A DNA stretch of 50,871 bases, the filler included, from Jimgerdemannia flammicorona (taxonomy: Eukaryota), in NCBI GenBank assembly GCA_003990765.1. It is 2 parts of 2 records of this genome, joined end to end, with 100 filler letters (N's around TTAATTAATTAA, not from the genome) between each part and the next. Parts side by side here need not be neighbours in the genome. Positions count along the whole stretch, not along the records: positions 25,489 to 50,871 come from RBNJ01000839.1; 1 more part is not named here. One strand, 5' to 3'. The translations under genes were made by a program, and so were the position numbers. The notes beneath the pieces were generated by a model. It ran no database searches, was not told where the DNA came from, and was given only the letters and a program-made list of their open reading frames with translations. Below are positions 25,813 to 38,095 of this stretch, piece after piece. Numbering within the stretch: the first letter of the stretch is position 1; the number at the start of each line of letters is the position of its first letter.

Positions 25813-28800
25813 TTTAGAGGCTCAATGGGAAGATTTCAAAATTAATATGACTTTTCAACTCACAAGAACCCACAGCCAAACTGAATACATTTGATATAAT
25901 ACTAATTTCTACCACTATAGGAGAATCAGTCATTACCAGTATTTGGATAGGAAGAGAAGTAATAACTTTAAGACTTACCAACTATGTAGCATCAGAAGGA
26001 TCCCAATTAGAACCAGAAGCTAGTACAGTCTAAAATCCACAACTAGATCAACTAGATAATACAGATAATCCTGTTAGAGACTTTGGAGAATTTGCTTAAG
26101 AACTAGAAGATATCATTATATAAGCCCAAAATCATGCAGCCAGATATCTCACAGCAGTTCTGCCAATCTCACCTATAGAACCTTTACCACCAGCTCTTGC
26201 AGAATTAGAAGTAGCTCCTATAAGAATACCTAGGCTCATTCCACTTCATCTAAGGTCCAGAACACTATCCTCAAGGTACCCAAGTACTCTAATTTCCAGT
26301 AGTAGTTCAGAAAGCAAATCAGAGTTGGAATCTGAATCAGAATCTGGATGAGAATCAGAATCAGAAAAAAGTGATAATGAAATGGCTACCTCATTGCCAA
26401 CCTTTACAGGATATCTGGAGGAAGATTCTAGAGAATTTCTTGATGGAATTGAAGGGACCACAGTCCTGAGGAATCTTTCAGATGAAAGGAAAATTACTAT
26501 CTATAAGGCCTAGCTCAGAGAACCAGTCAGAGGAATTTCCACTGAATAGCAAATGATCCAAATTCAGAACTGATAGTAGAAATATAAACAGTAGTATCTT
26601 TTCAGCCAGAATACATAGCCATGGTCTACTGACTTATTGAAAAATATGCAGAAAATGAAATCTGCTACAAGGCTCAAGAATCCATCATGGAGATGAAGAT
26701 GAATCTTAGAGAATCACTCAGAGTATTCTTCATAAGAATCCAGAAAAGAATGTATACAGCTGGGTTCAATACCACCAACTAAGACATTATAGGTCTGATG
26801 GTCTTCATGAATGGAATTCCACCAAACATTATCTAGCATATTCATACCCTAGGCATCAGAAGGTCCAAAGAGTAGGTAGATGCAGCTCAAGGATTTTTTA
26901 ATATCAGATAAGGAACTACCTAAAGTAATTATGACAAGAAGGATGATAAAGAAGACATTCTGGTCAAAGCCCTACAAGGACTCCTTTATGGACAAGAAAG
27001 ATCTGAAGAAAGAAGGCCAGCCAAAGAAGGAAAGAAGAGTAAGAGTAAAATTTAAGACCTTAGCTCCAGTTGGACTGATTGGTTGGATAGATTGAAAAAC
27101 TCACCACATGTGAAAATTGGAGTTATCAAGACAATAGAGGATACCCACCACAAAGAAACCAAGGTTATCCACTAAGAGATAATAGGAACTACTAGTAAGA
27201 AGAAAGAAGATATCCTGTTTGAGATAGAACCCAAGTCCAATGCTTCTACTGTAGATAATTCAGATACTATACCACTGAATGTGACAACAAAAGAGTGACC
27301 AAAGGGACTCAGAACCACTAAACTGAAGGAGTGATATAGTACAAGAAGACTGAAGCCCATCCTATTGAGGATTTTGAAGAAGCAAGCAACAGTGAAGACT
27401 ACAGTGACTTAAACTTGTACCCTACTAAGGTTACCACCCAAAAGACAGTCTATCCAGCAGAGAAAAGAAAGAGACCTATTGAAAGGTCATCCAGAAATAT
27501 CAGCAGAAGAATTGTTCAAGAAGAAGATAAAGAATATGAAGAGGAATAAGTAGAAACACCTTCTCAGACTTCTTTACTTTTTGTCCCCAAGACAAATAAG
27601 TTGCCACCAGAGGATGAAAAAATAGAACAAGAAGAACAGGAATCTGCTGCTCCAAAGCCCAAGAAGATGTATATCCCAAAGACCATATCCAGAGACATCT
27701 ACAATGAAGTCTGGCAGAAGATTCAAGAAGTCAAGATAGAAGTCCCCATTCTACAGTTCCTACAGCTGACACCAGCTAGAGTCCAAAACAAATTACTGAG
27801 AACCACTAGGTCTAGTACTGACCAAGTTCCAATCCCACAATGAGAGCCAGCTTCTATTCCTATCCAAGCTGCAGAAAGACATATCAGCACCTACCTATAT
27901 GGAGATATTGGAGGACAAAAGGCAAAAATTCTCATAGACACAGAAGCAGCTATCTGTGTCATTGCCAAATAATTCCTGGATACCCTCCAATGGCCCATTG
28001 ATGGACCATCCAACCTCAGTATCATAGTAGCAGATGGAGCCCGAACTTAGCCCCTTGGAGAAGTACAAAACATCATTATTTCTCTTAGACACATTCAGTT
28101 CTCTATCCCAAAAGCTGTTGTTGCTAAAGCTGTCACCTATGATATAATCCTTAGTACCAACTAGATGAAAGAAATGAATACAGTTGTTGATATCAGTCAA
28201 CAAGTACTCAAGTTTGACTACTGAGGTAAGAAGTACAGAGTTAAGGTGACCAGCTATGAGCAATCAAAGAAGAAAAAGAAGGTCACCATCTAGAAAGAAT
28301 ATACCAGCAGTGAAGAATCTACTATAGAAGAGGAAGAAGAATCTGAAGATAGAAATGATCCCAAACTCAATCCCCAAATTAACCTAGTAAATGACAGACC
28401 AGAAGACAATGTATGAGTCAAGAACACTATCCCCATTACTATCAGAGCTATTGCAGGAGAAATCAAAGGATGTCCCACCTGCCTCAAGAGACACAAGTGC
28501 CCTGAGCACTCCTCCAAGATCATTGGGACAAGGAATTCACCTGGCACAGCCTGCCCAGGGTGCAGAAAGAAGAAGAAGAAATGCAGACATGTTCCAGAAA
28601 CACCTGCAGCTGAAGCTGCAGAAGTATAAGTAATTTGGGAACAAGAATCATCTGAGGAAGAAGAAGCTCCTGACTAAGAAGTTCCTGAACAAGAAGTATC
28701 TGAAGAAGAAGAGGTCTCTGAACTCATTCCCTAGGATGATCTTCACTGGACACTACCTGAAGATAATGACTCTGGAATATAGAAGAAGGACTCAGCACAA

Positions 28801-29570
28801 TCCCCATCATTCCCAAAAAAGAAACTCACCAAGAAAGGGCATTTCAGCTGGGAAGATGTCTACATCAAATGGTCTTCCACTCTTTCTGAGACTACTGCTA
28901 TTAGTGCCATCTACTAGACCAGCAAGAAAGACAGAGATCCCAAAGACCAGAACCCCTGACTATAGTTACACAGTCAACTATCTTCCAAGAAGTTACTATC
29001 AGATTGCAAAGCTAATTTGGAGAACAAGGTCTTTTTACCTGAACAGAAATATATCCCTTATCTACTTTTCTCTCAACTTATGACCAAGATGGGTACTAAT
29101 TCCCAAGATAACAAGAAATCAATAACCAGAAACAGTATTTTTAAATAATGGAATATTGCAATCATAGAAGACACCCAGACTACTGAGACTGCAGAAATCA
29201 GAAGATTCACTTCAGTCATGATGTTGTAATCCACATCTTGAAGAGAGAAGATAACAGAGACCAGATCTGAAAAAGCCAGACCAAGAAGCCAGAAAGAAGG
29301 ACCCTTAAGATCTATGATTTAGGAGAAAACATCCTAACTCTTATCAGACATACAACCTGTCAAGGATGGGTAGAGGATGCCACCAACTTCATAAAAGCCC
29401 TAGACCCTATAGAAAGAAGAGAAATCAACTATCTCCAAGACCCCTCTACTGGAGCCAGATGGCCACACCTCAATCTTAGAGCCTGAAGGCTCTCTGCTAG
29501 TGGAGCTTCAGCCCTAGGACAGCCTGAACTCAGCAAGGATATTGCTCAGTATGCTCTGCTGCATTCCAAG

Positions 29571-30234
29571 GCCAAACCTCTGATAAAAGCTCACTCAGAA
29601 GATGTAGGATATAATCTTCACAGTCTGGAGGATAAATCCATCAAGTCTGGAAAAACATTTATAATCAGAACTAGACTAGCCATACAGTCACCCCAAGGAG
29701 CTTACATCCAACTGACCTCAAGATCTGGACTTGCCAGATAATAGATAACTATAGAAGGAGGAACTATTGACCTAGAATATATATAGACAAAATCAAGATC
29801 ATCCTACACAATAGTAGCACAGAATGGTACCGAATTATTAGAAGACAGAAGATTGCTCAAGTAGTCTTCATGAAGGTCAAGACCTCACAATTTTTTTTTT
29901 TTTTTTTTTTTTATAGTCACTTAGACTTTGCCATTTATTACTAGTCTATTAATATAGTTACAGTATCATCTCTCACTACCCAATCCCTATAGGGGAGTCC
30001 ACCCCCTATATCTTTATAAATAAAGACTACTTTCTCACTCATCACTCCAACCCTCCCCCCACTCTGCCTATAGATTTTCTCTACTAAGTGATGCCTCCAA
30101 CCACCCTGCAAACCCCAACCAAGCCATCAGCCTATCATAGTGTCTTCCATAAGCCCTTTCTAGTCAAGACTCCACAATTGTAAGAAGTCTCTGAACTGAC
30201 TGAAGGAACAAGACAAGCCAAAGGATTTGGAAGT
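29571..30234 (+). pseudogene. dUTPase domain between protease and RT (split by a LINE fragment)
   Basis: All five dUTPase motifs in decayed form: KAHSEDVGYNL, SRSGLA, GGTID..Y, KIAQVVF, RQAKGFGS. Confidence 0.88.
29893..30162 (-). mobile_element. 5'-truncated LINE 3' fragment inserted in the dUTPase
   Basis: Reverse complement ends AATAAA..AAGTCTAAGTGACTAT-(A)n. 17-bp TSD GTCAAGACCTCACAATT (29876-29892) / GTCAAGACTCCACAATT (30163-30179). Confidence 0.9.
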
Positions 30235-31671
30235 TTAGACAAGAAGGAAGTACATCTTCTTCAAGTCAACCACCTCAAGAGGAATGTCCCCCAGCAAGTA
30301 TACTGCCAACCAGTCAAACTGCACAAGAATCTCATCCTGGAGCCTGAAGAATAAACCATCTTTGAAATCTTTGCACCACCTGACTCCAGAAATCTTTTCT
30401 TTGAACCCAATGAAGATATCCTACACCTAGACATAGAAGAATATACATTCCCTGACAAGATAAACCCAGTACACTCCTGAGAAACCAATGAAAGTTGAGA
30501 AACCATCATCTTACCAAAAGGAATCATCATGGGACATCTGGTGTCTTTTGCCTTTTCTTAACTGAACTCATAGAGAAGTTTATGAACTAAACTTATTAGG
30601 AAATAGCAAAAGGTTTCAGAAGAAAGGAAAGGCCCCTCTGCAACCCAGGAGACAGTAAAGCCTTCCACCAATATTGGAGAAGAATTGACATCCCAACAAT
30701 AGTAACAATTAGTAGAACTCCTCAACAAATATCAAGATATCTTCACTACTGATTATGGCAATCTGCCATACAATAATCCATCATATCACCACAGTATAAA
30801 TATAGAAAACATAATACCCATCTGGCAGAAATCCTATAGAATACCCCATTACTTAAAAACATTTGAAAAGGAGCACATTCAGGAACTCTTAGATAATGGA
30901 GTCATCCGACCCTCTACCAGCCCCTGGGCCAGCCCTATACTTATTGTATCAAAGAAAGGAGAATGGAGACTCTGTGTAGATTACAGAAAACTCAATTTAG
31001 TCACTGAAAAGAATGCCTATCCTTTGCCCAGAATCAATGACCTTTTGGATCAGTTACAAGATGCCAGATACTTCAGCAGTATGAACCTTTTTGCAGGATT
31101 CCATGAGATTTCCATGGACCTTAAAGACATTCAAAAGACAGTCTTTCTTGCTCTAGAAAAACTGTTTGAATACCTCTGAATACCCTTTGGACTTTGCAAT
31201 ATACCCCCCATATTTCAGAGGATGATGAATTCAGTCTATACTCTCTTGATTCATTACTGTCTGATTATATATATAGATAATTCCAACATCTATTCAACAA
31301 ATTTCAAAGAATACCTATACCATCTAGAGGAATTCTTCAAGCTCACCTATAAGAATCACCTGAGACTCAATGCAAAGAAATACTACTTCAGGAAACAGAA
31401 ACTTGAATTTTTTGGATTCATAGTTTCAAAAAAAGGAATCTACATAGACCCAAAGAAAACTGAGAAGATCAACAATTAGCCAGTACTCAAGACCCCAAAA
31501 GAGACACTATCATTTCTGATGCTAGTATCTTACTACAGAAGGTTTATTAAGGACTTTGCCCAAATCGCTGTCCCAATCCAAGTCCTCCTTAAGAAAGAAG
31601 TATCTTACAAATATATAGAATCACAAGAGAAAGCCTTCAAAGAACTTAAGAACTACATGACCACAGCACTA

Positions 31672-31677
<6 letters not shown>

Positions 31678-31704
<27 letters not shown>
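31678..31704 (-). mobile_element. Poly(A)-only retro-insertion
   Basis: Pure T tract flanked by a 17-bp TSD CCACAGCACTAATCCTT (31661-31677) / CCACAACACTAATCCTT (31705-31721), interrupting pol. Confidence 0.8.
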
Positions 31705-33157
31705 CCACAACACTAATCCTTGTATACCTCAATCTACAGAAGCCATTCATCTTATATACAGATGCTTCCAAAGATGGCCTAGGAGTAGTTCTAGCCTAAG
31801 AAGAACCTGACCAACAATATTATGTAATAGCTTATGTAAGCTGAGCTACCAATTAGCAGCAGATGAACTATGGTAGCACCAAACTAGAATGCCTTACAGT
31901 CATATGGGCAGTCACTCTGTTCAAGCATTACTTCATCAGAAAAAGGTCCACCCTAATTACAGACCATGCAGCCCTCAAATGGCTATTCAACTATAAGAAA
32001 TCCACCAGAATTCTAGCCTGCTGGATCCTTATCCTTCAGGATTACAAAATCACTATTATCTACAAAGCAGGAAAAACTTATATCAATATTAATGTACTTT
32101 CCTGTCAGCCTCAATAAACCAGAAGAAGGGTGTCCTGAGAAACTATACTCTAAAGAAAGCTCCTCAGACCATCAAGGTACAAGAAGATCTCATCTGAAAA
32201 GAACACCAGAAAGCCCACTAAGGATAAGTAAATATAAAAGAAAAGTTATAAACAATATACCAACATTGGTCCAACCTCAGAACATAAGTCCAGGATATAC
32301 TCAAGAAATATGATACCTGCCAGAAGTACCAAGGAAGAAAGAACTACCAAGCACCACTGCAATTAATTATACCACTAGACAACATCCTTCAGAGATGGAA
32401 GTAGATGTAATTAGACCCCTATCAGTTATACTAAGAAGAAACAAGTACATTCTTATATTTGTAGAATATCTGACCAAATGACCTAAGACTTTTCCAATAG
32501 AAATTACAGATGTCTTGACTATTATAGGTCTTCTCTACAAACTCACACTCAGATATAGATCCTCAGAAGAATTCATCTCTGAGCAAGACACAGAATATAA
32601 TCATAAGTTATACTTGAATTCACAAGATCCAGCTCAAATAGACCACATCATACTACTTTCAGACCAATGGTATGATAGAAAGAATAAACTAGACCATCAA
32701 GAAAGGACTTGCCTGAGTCAATCCTACCAATTGAGACCTTTGCTTACCTGAGATCCTATGGGAAATTCAGAACACCCCTGCTACCTTCACCAAACAAAAG
32801 TCATTCAAAATGATGTTTGCCAAGAAAACCAGAACTGCTGATCATAAGAATCTCAGAGACCTCCTCAAGAAGGCAGAACAGTTATGTAATCAAGCCTGAG
32901 CTCAGATTATTAAAGCCCAAGAAAGACAAAAGAAGTACTATAACCAGAAACAGAAGGATCAGGAGATCAAGATTGGAGATCAAGTACTAGTTTGGAGAAG
33001 TATGATTGAAACAAATTTTGTTACCAAACTGGAGCCTAAATGAGAAGGACCTTAACTTGTATACAATATCAGAGGAACTAACATCTATTTAAGAAATATA
33101 GATGAACCCTCAGAATATCAGTACATATCAACTACCTCAAGATATACCTCTCCTATC

Positions 33158-33670
33158 ATGAATCAGACAATTGACCAGTGCCTTTAGACCCTTGTTCTGA
33201 GTTTATTCCAATTACTCCCAGTTTCCCTTCCACAATTCAAACAAGCCAACAGAAATCCCCTTCAATGAATCTAGACCCATTAAGAGAACCTTACCTTGGC
33301 TAGACGTTTACTGCAAGTCCACCAGCTGCAAGCCTACTATGCAATCAGAGAATAGTTGCAGAACCTCCCAATAGCAGACCTAATCTACATTAGAAACTCC
33401 ACTGGTCTCACTCAGAAAAATACCACTGCTGTAGATAGATTGTATACAATCTACAAATTAAATATTCCAGTATTGATACAGGCACAATTTCTCTTGAATG
33501 ACATTTAAAACATAAACTCTGTTACCTACTAGAGTATCATCAACCATGTTGAGATCCTGTTTCCAGAGAAAGAAGAAGAACCTATTAATTGGAGTAACTT
33601 TAATTCAAATGAAGATACTGGTTCAGATATTGATACTGAAGATGCTTATATACATTGGAATGATAACTAA
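33158..33670 (+). pseudogene. Accessory ORF B between integrase and PPT (170 codons), homolog of ORF A
   Basis: Single frame from ATG 33158 to TAA 33670 with seven internal stops, all revertible by T>C. Contains NPLQ*I*TH*ENLTLARRLLQVHQLQAYYAI(R<G)E*L. Acidic tail. Confidence 0.7.
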
Positions 33671-33710
33671 ATGATTGTCTGAGGACAGATCTTTCTTTAG
33701 TAGAGGCTGA

Positions 33711-34824
33711 TATGATGAGCAACAGAATTGTACTGCTGGAATTATAAAATAGCCACATATGTACTATATCTAGTACACTAAGCAACTATAACTATATAAA
33801 ATACCCCAGAGACAAGAGTGAATAAACCTCAGTCTGAAATTCAGAATACATTTCAACTCTGGTTCACTTTCCAATACAAAGAAGAGTCTAAAATTTAAAT
33901 CTAAAGTAAAAGACAAGTCTGCCTACTATACTTTAAGAGGAACTCTATAGCTACTACTAGAAGATTGTGAGCTTTACTATTCCATTTCCACTCTGGTCTC
34001 CTTTCTAATACAAAGCCTTAGTTTGCTTGCCAGATAAGTCTGAAGAAATCCACGAAGTTCAAGTAAAGAACTTTGCTATCTTTTAAAGAGAAATCTGCTA
34101 CATAAAGACTAAGCCACTACATTTTTGGTTCACTTGTCAGATAAGCCTAAAGAATTTACCTATATTCTCAGAGAGCTCTTAAGGAATCTTGCCACAAGTC
34201 AGTCTATTAGATATAACTTCACAGTAATCTATTTGTATAAACAAAGTCAGTCTTTGATGTAACTTGCCAAGAATCTGAGTTATTAGTTTATTTCCAGTGA
34301 GCCCGATTCAGAGAATCTGCCACCAGTATTATTCCTAGTAAGCTGATTTAGAAGAATCTGTACCATCTCTATTCCCAGTGAATCTGTATCAAATTAAGTC
34401 ATCCATCAGAAATTGTATACTTTTGGAGACCATTACACTACACAAAGATCATCATATAGAAATTATATAAAGAAATTGCCAAATTACCAGACCATCATAT
34501 ATAAGGAACCCACTACACTATATAGAGATTATCATATAGAAATCAGAGATTATTACTCAAGAAGAAAAACTGCTAAATTGTTGGACCATTATGTATAAGG
34601 AATAATCATATTATATACAAATCACTACTATACCCAAGAACTCATCCCAATAAGGAAATTGCTTGCAGATATCTAGCTTTTGACTATTATACTACTAAAT
34701 ACCAATAAGAATACCAGGAATCTTAGAATATTTTATTGCTTTTAATAAAGTAACTAGGGGCTCAAGCCAAACTACATCAACCTCCAATTTTGTAATTTGC
34801 CTCTATTGAGCCAGACACATTATA
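33711..34824 (+). repeat. 3' LTR of element B (about 1.1 kb)
   Basis: Follows a decayed GAGGAC..TAGTAGAGGCTGA PPT. Termini TATGATG/CATTATA are consistent with a mutated TGTGATG/CATCACA. The 3' part matches the 5' LTR. The start coordinate is inferred. Confidence 0.75.
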
Positions 34825-35462
34825 ATAGAAATAATTTACTAGCAATTCTAATGAAATTTACAATGAAATTGCTAATGGAAATTATATCAGAAATTTCAAT
34901 ATAGTAGTAATATATTATATATTTAGCCATAGCTCTAATCTATATAAATATTCTCTATACTGAATATATTATAACCTCAGCTCTACTTTTCTCTCTCAAG
35001 AATATAGAAGTATTCTTATCAAAGAACTCTAAGATCTAACTTATTAATAATTCTAAACTTGATTAACTTGAGATACATGTATAATATCTTTATTTGATAT
35101 AAGACTTCAAAAGTAATACTTAGATTATATCTCAATAATAGATATTTAGAACTTAGTACTTTCTCATATATAGAACTCAGAACTTAGAGTTAATTATCTA
35201 TTCAGATTATTTACAATATATTAACTTTATTAGTATATAGTTTTATTATATATATTTAATTAATAATATAATTATATAATATATTCTAAATTATAAATTT
35301 TATAGATTTTTAATAAAAAAATTTAATTATTATAAATATAAAAGAAAATATTTTTTTTTAAAAAAAAAAACTCTCTATATAAATAAACTTAAAGAGAGGT
35401 TTTTATTAGTTTATAAAATTTTATTATATATTATTATATTTATTTTTTTATAATAAATAGTA

Positions 35463-36001
35463 CTCCAAATGAGTCAATTTAATCCAGATTAGATTCAGAT
35501 AGATGGAATTTGAATCTCATCTAGATCAATTCAAATCAACTATTGTTTTAATTTCTAAATTAGACAATTAATATTTACATCAATAACTCAATAAATAATC
35601 ATCTAATTTTTGATAATCTTAGTATTATTTGAAAGCCCTTAATAAGACTTTTCTAATGATACTAAGAATATTAAAATCAGATTACATATTGCTGAGCTAT
35701 TAAGGAAAACATTTTTTTAAAAAACTTTCCAAAATCAGCAAGTCAAATAATTTCTAAAATTGGTAAGTCAGACATTTTCTTTGATAACTCAGCAATACAT
35801 AATCTAATTTCAATATTCTTAGTATTATTAGAAAGACCTTATTAAGAGCTTTCAAATGATACCAAGATTATTAAAATTAGATGATTATTTATTAAGTTAT
35901 TAATATAAACATTTAATTATCTAATTTGGAAATCAAAACAATGGCTGATTCAAATCAATCTATATGAGATTTGAATCTGATCTGAATTAGCTCATTCAGA
36001 G
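35463..36001. mobile_element. Foldback/MITE-like non-autonomous element
   Basis: Inverted arms of about 245 bp (CTCCAAATGAGTCAATT.. / ..AATTAGCTCATTCAGAG) with a short spacer, flanked by TA on both sides. Confidence 0.8.
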
Positions 36002-36081
36002 TATTAATAATAAATTAAATATAACTATTATCATGTAGTGGTCACTGAGTCCTTCAAATATACCAGATTCTTTTCAAGGTA

Positions 36082-37694
36082 CAGTAGTGAGCAAAAGGGT
36101 AACAATGTTTTGAAAATTTTACTTTTATAAATAATATCTCTATAAATAATTAATATAATGAAATTTAACTTATATTTTCCAAAAGCTCTTGCTTTTTTTT
36201 ACCATTAGTTAAAATATTATTTTGATACCATTATTATTTAGCTTGCAATAAATTTTTACATTAATACTATATATTGTTACCCTTTTGGCTTTTCCACCAC
36301 CATTTTTGCTATTTTAATATTTCACATAATCCACTTAACCTTTTATACAGCTGCGATATATGGCATCATTCTTGGCATCATTCTTGACATCATTCTTGGT
36401 GTAAAAATGGTGTAAAAATTCATACTGACATTTGTTTCTTATACAAAATGTGGAAGCTATCTATTGAGATTCACGACACTATCATCAATAGGTTGAATTC
36501 CAGGCAGTCAGCAAAAAAGATTGCCAAAGCAATTGGCATAAGCATTACTTCAGTTAGCTGCATCTGAAATGAGCATTGTGATGACACAAACATATCAAAA
36601 GGTAGTCATCCACCAAAGTTATCTACTCAAGATAGATCATAGATTGTCCACCAGGTATCCAGTGGCAAGATTGAAACTGCTGCAAACATCGCAAAAATAC
36701 TTCAAGAAGAGGGCCAAGCCAGTGTGATCACAACCACAATACATCGAACGTTAAAAGGTGCTGGTTTGAAGTCATTTGTGAAGCAGAAAAGCTGTTATTA
36801 TTGCTACACTATATCAAATCATGGTATGAATTCGTACAAAAATACAAGGACTGGACCATAGATGACTGGAAACGGGTGACATTCTCAGACAAAACAAAAG
36901 TCAACTGTTTGGGGTTGGACAGATGAGAATGGGCATGGAAGAGGCCTGGGGCGCAGCTTGAGCAATATCATGTGACTCTAACATTGAAATTTGGTAGCAG
37001 ATCGATTATGATTTGGAGATGTATGAGTTACTATAGCATTGGATATGTATGCAGAATTGACAGGCATATGAATTCAGAGCTATATATGGAAATTCTCGAA
37101 GATGAATTAAAGGAATCTATTAAATTCTTTAGAATGGACAAAAAGAAGGTGATATTTCAACAAGATAATGATCCAAAACATACATCGAAGTTGGCACGCA
37201 ACTGGTTCAAGAACAATTCCATCCATTTGCTAGATTGGCCAGTACAGTCTCCTGATCTTAATCCAATTGAACATCTTTGGAGACATCTCAAACAACTGCT
37301 CAATGCGTATGATGAACCACCTAAAGGAATGCAAGAGCTTTGGAAACATATAGAGTATGAATGGGAAGGTATATCGACTGAAAAATGCATTGACCTAATT
37401 GAGAGCATGCCAAGACGTATTGCTGCTGTGTACAAGGCCAAAGGAGGTTATGTGAAATATTAAAATAGCAAAAATGGCAGTGGAAAAACCAAAAGGGTAA
37501 CAATATATAGTATTAATGTAAAAATTTATTATAAGCTAAATAATAATAGTATCAAAATAATATTTTAACCAATGGTAAAGAAAAGCAAGAGCTTTTGGAA
37601 AATATAAGTTATATTTCATTATATTAATTATTTATAGAGATATTATTTATAAAAGTAAATTTTCAAAACATTGTTATCCTTTTGCTCATCACTG
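36082..37694 (+). mobile_element. Tc1 (DD34E) DNA transposon with long TIRs
   Basis: TA TSD at 36080-81 and 37695-96; termini CAGT..ACTG; inverted repeats of about 250-270 bp. Confidence 0.95.
36448..37463 (+). pseudogene. Tc1 transposase, disrupted
   Basis: N-terminal HTH (SAKKIAKAIGISITSVS), FSD(K)TK, FQQDNDPKH..SPDLNPIEHLW with 34 residues between D and E, KAKGGYVKY*. Stops and a frameshift in the 5' half. Confidence 0.93.
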
Positions 37695-38005
37695 TATATC
37701 TCTTAGACTAACTTAAGTTTGTTATAAGCAAGTTCTTATTGGAGTACCTTTCTAAGGTCTTATAGTCCTCAAACTTCTTATCTTTAACTATCTTGTTATC
37801 TCTTAGATTGTTTGCAAGAGATTGTATATAAGTAAACCAGAACTGACTTTTATTTTAAAGGAAATAAGAGAGATATTTATACAAAATATAATTCAATGGT
37901 TGCTAAGATATAAAGCTAAATATAAATTCCAATAACTAAAACAAAATGTCAGGACAGAAAAAATTACTAAGTTCCAGGGTTGGCACTGATGGTTATATAA
38001 GTATA

Positions 38006-38084
38006 ATTCAGTATTACATCAGAATACCAGTGCTAGCATTATTCAGTATTATATCAGAATACCAGTACTGGCATTATTCAGTAT
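38006..38084. repeat. 35-bp tandem repeat (about 2.3 copies) in the putative U3
   Basis: ATTCAGTATTAYATCAGAATACCAGTRCTRGCATT at 38006 and 38041, partial copy at 38076. Confidence 0.9.
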
Positions 38085-38095
38085 AACCAAGAGAC

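Larger units (their letters stand above)
26382..33150 (+). pseudogene. gag-pol of element B
   Basis: Gag LPTFTG..EDSREFL (26382); decayed CCHC knuckle 27241-27282; protease LIDT(E<G)A 27931-27948; RT SPWASPILIV..WRLCVDYRKLN..YPLPRINDLL..PFGLCN..YIDN; RNase H LYTDAS..ITDHAALKWL; integrase remnants 32300-33100. Confidence 0.9.
25489..34824 (+). mobile_element. Decayed Ty3/Gypsy LTR retrotransposon with dUTPase (element B)
   Basis: Partial 5' LTR, gag, protease, dUTPase, RT, RNase H, integrase, extra ORF, PPT and 3' LTR in order. Many stops and frameshifts. Confidence 0.93.
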
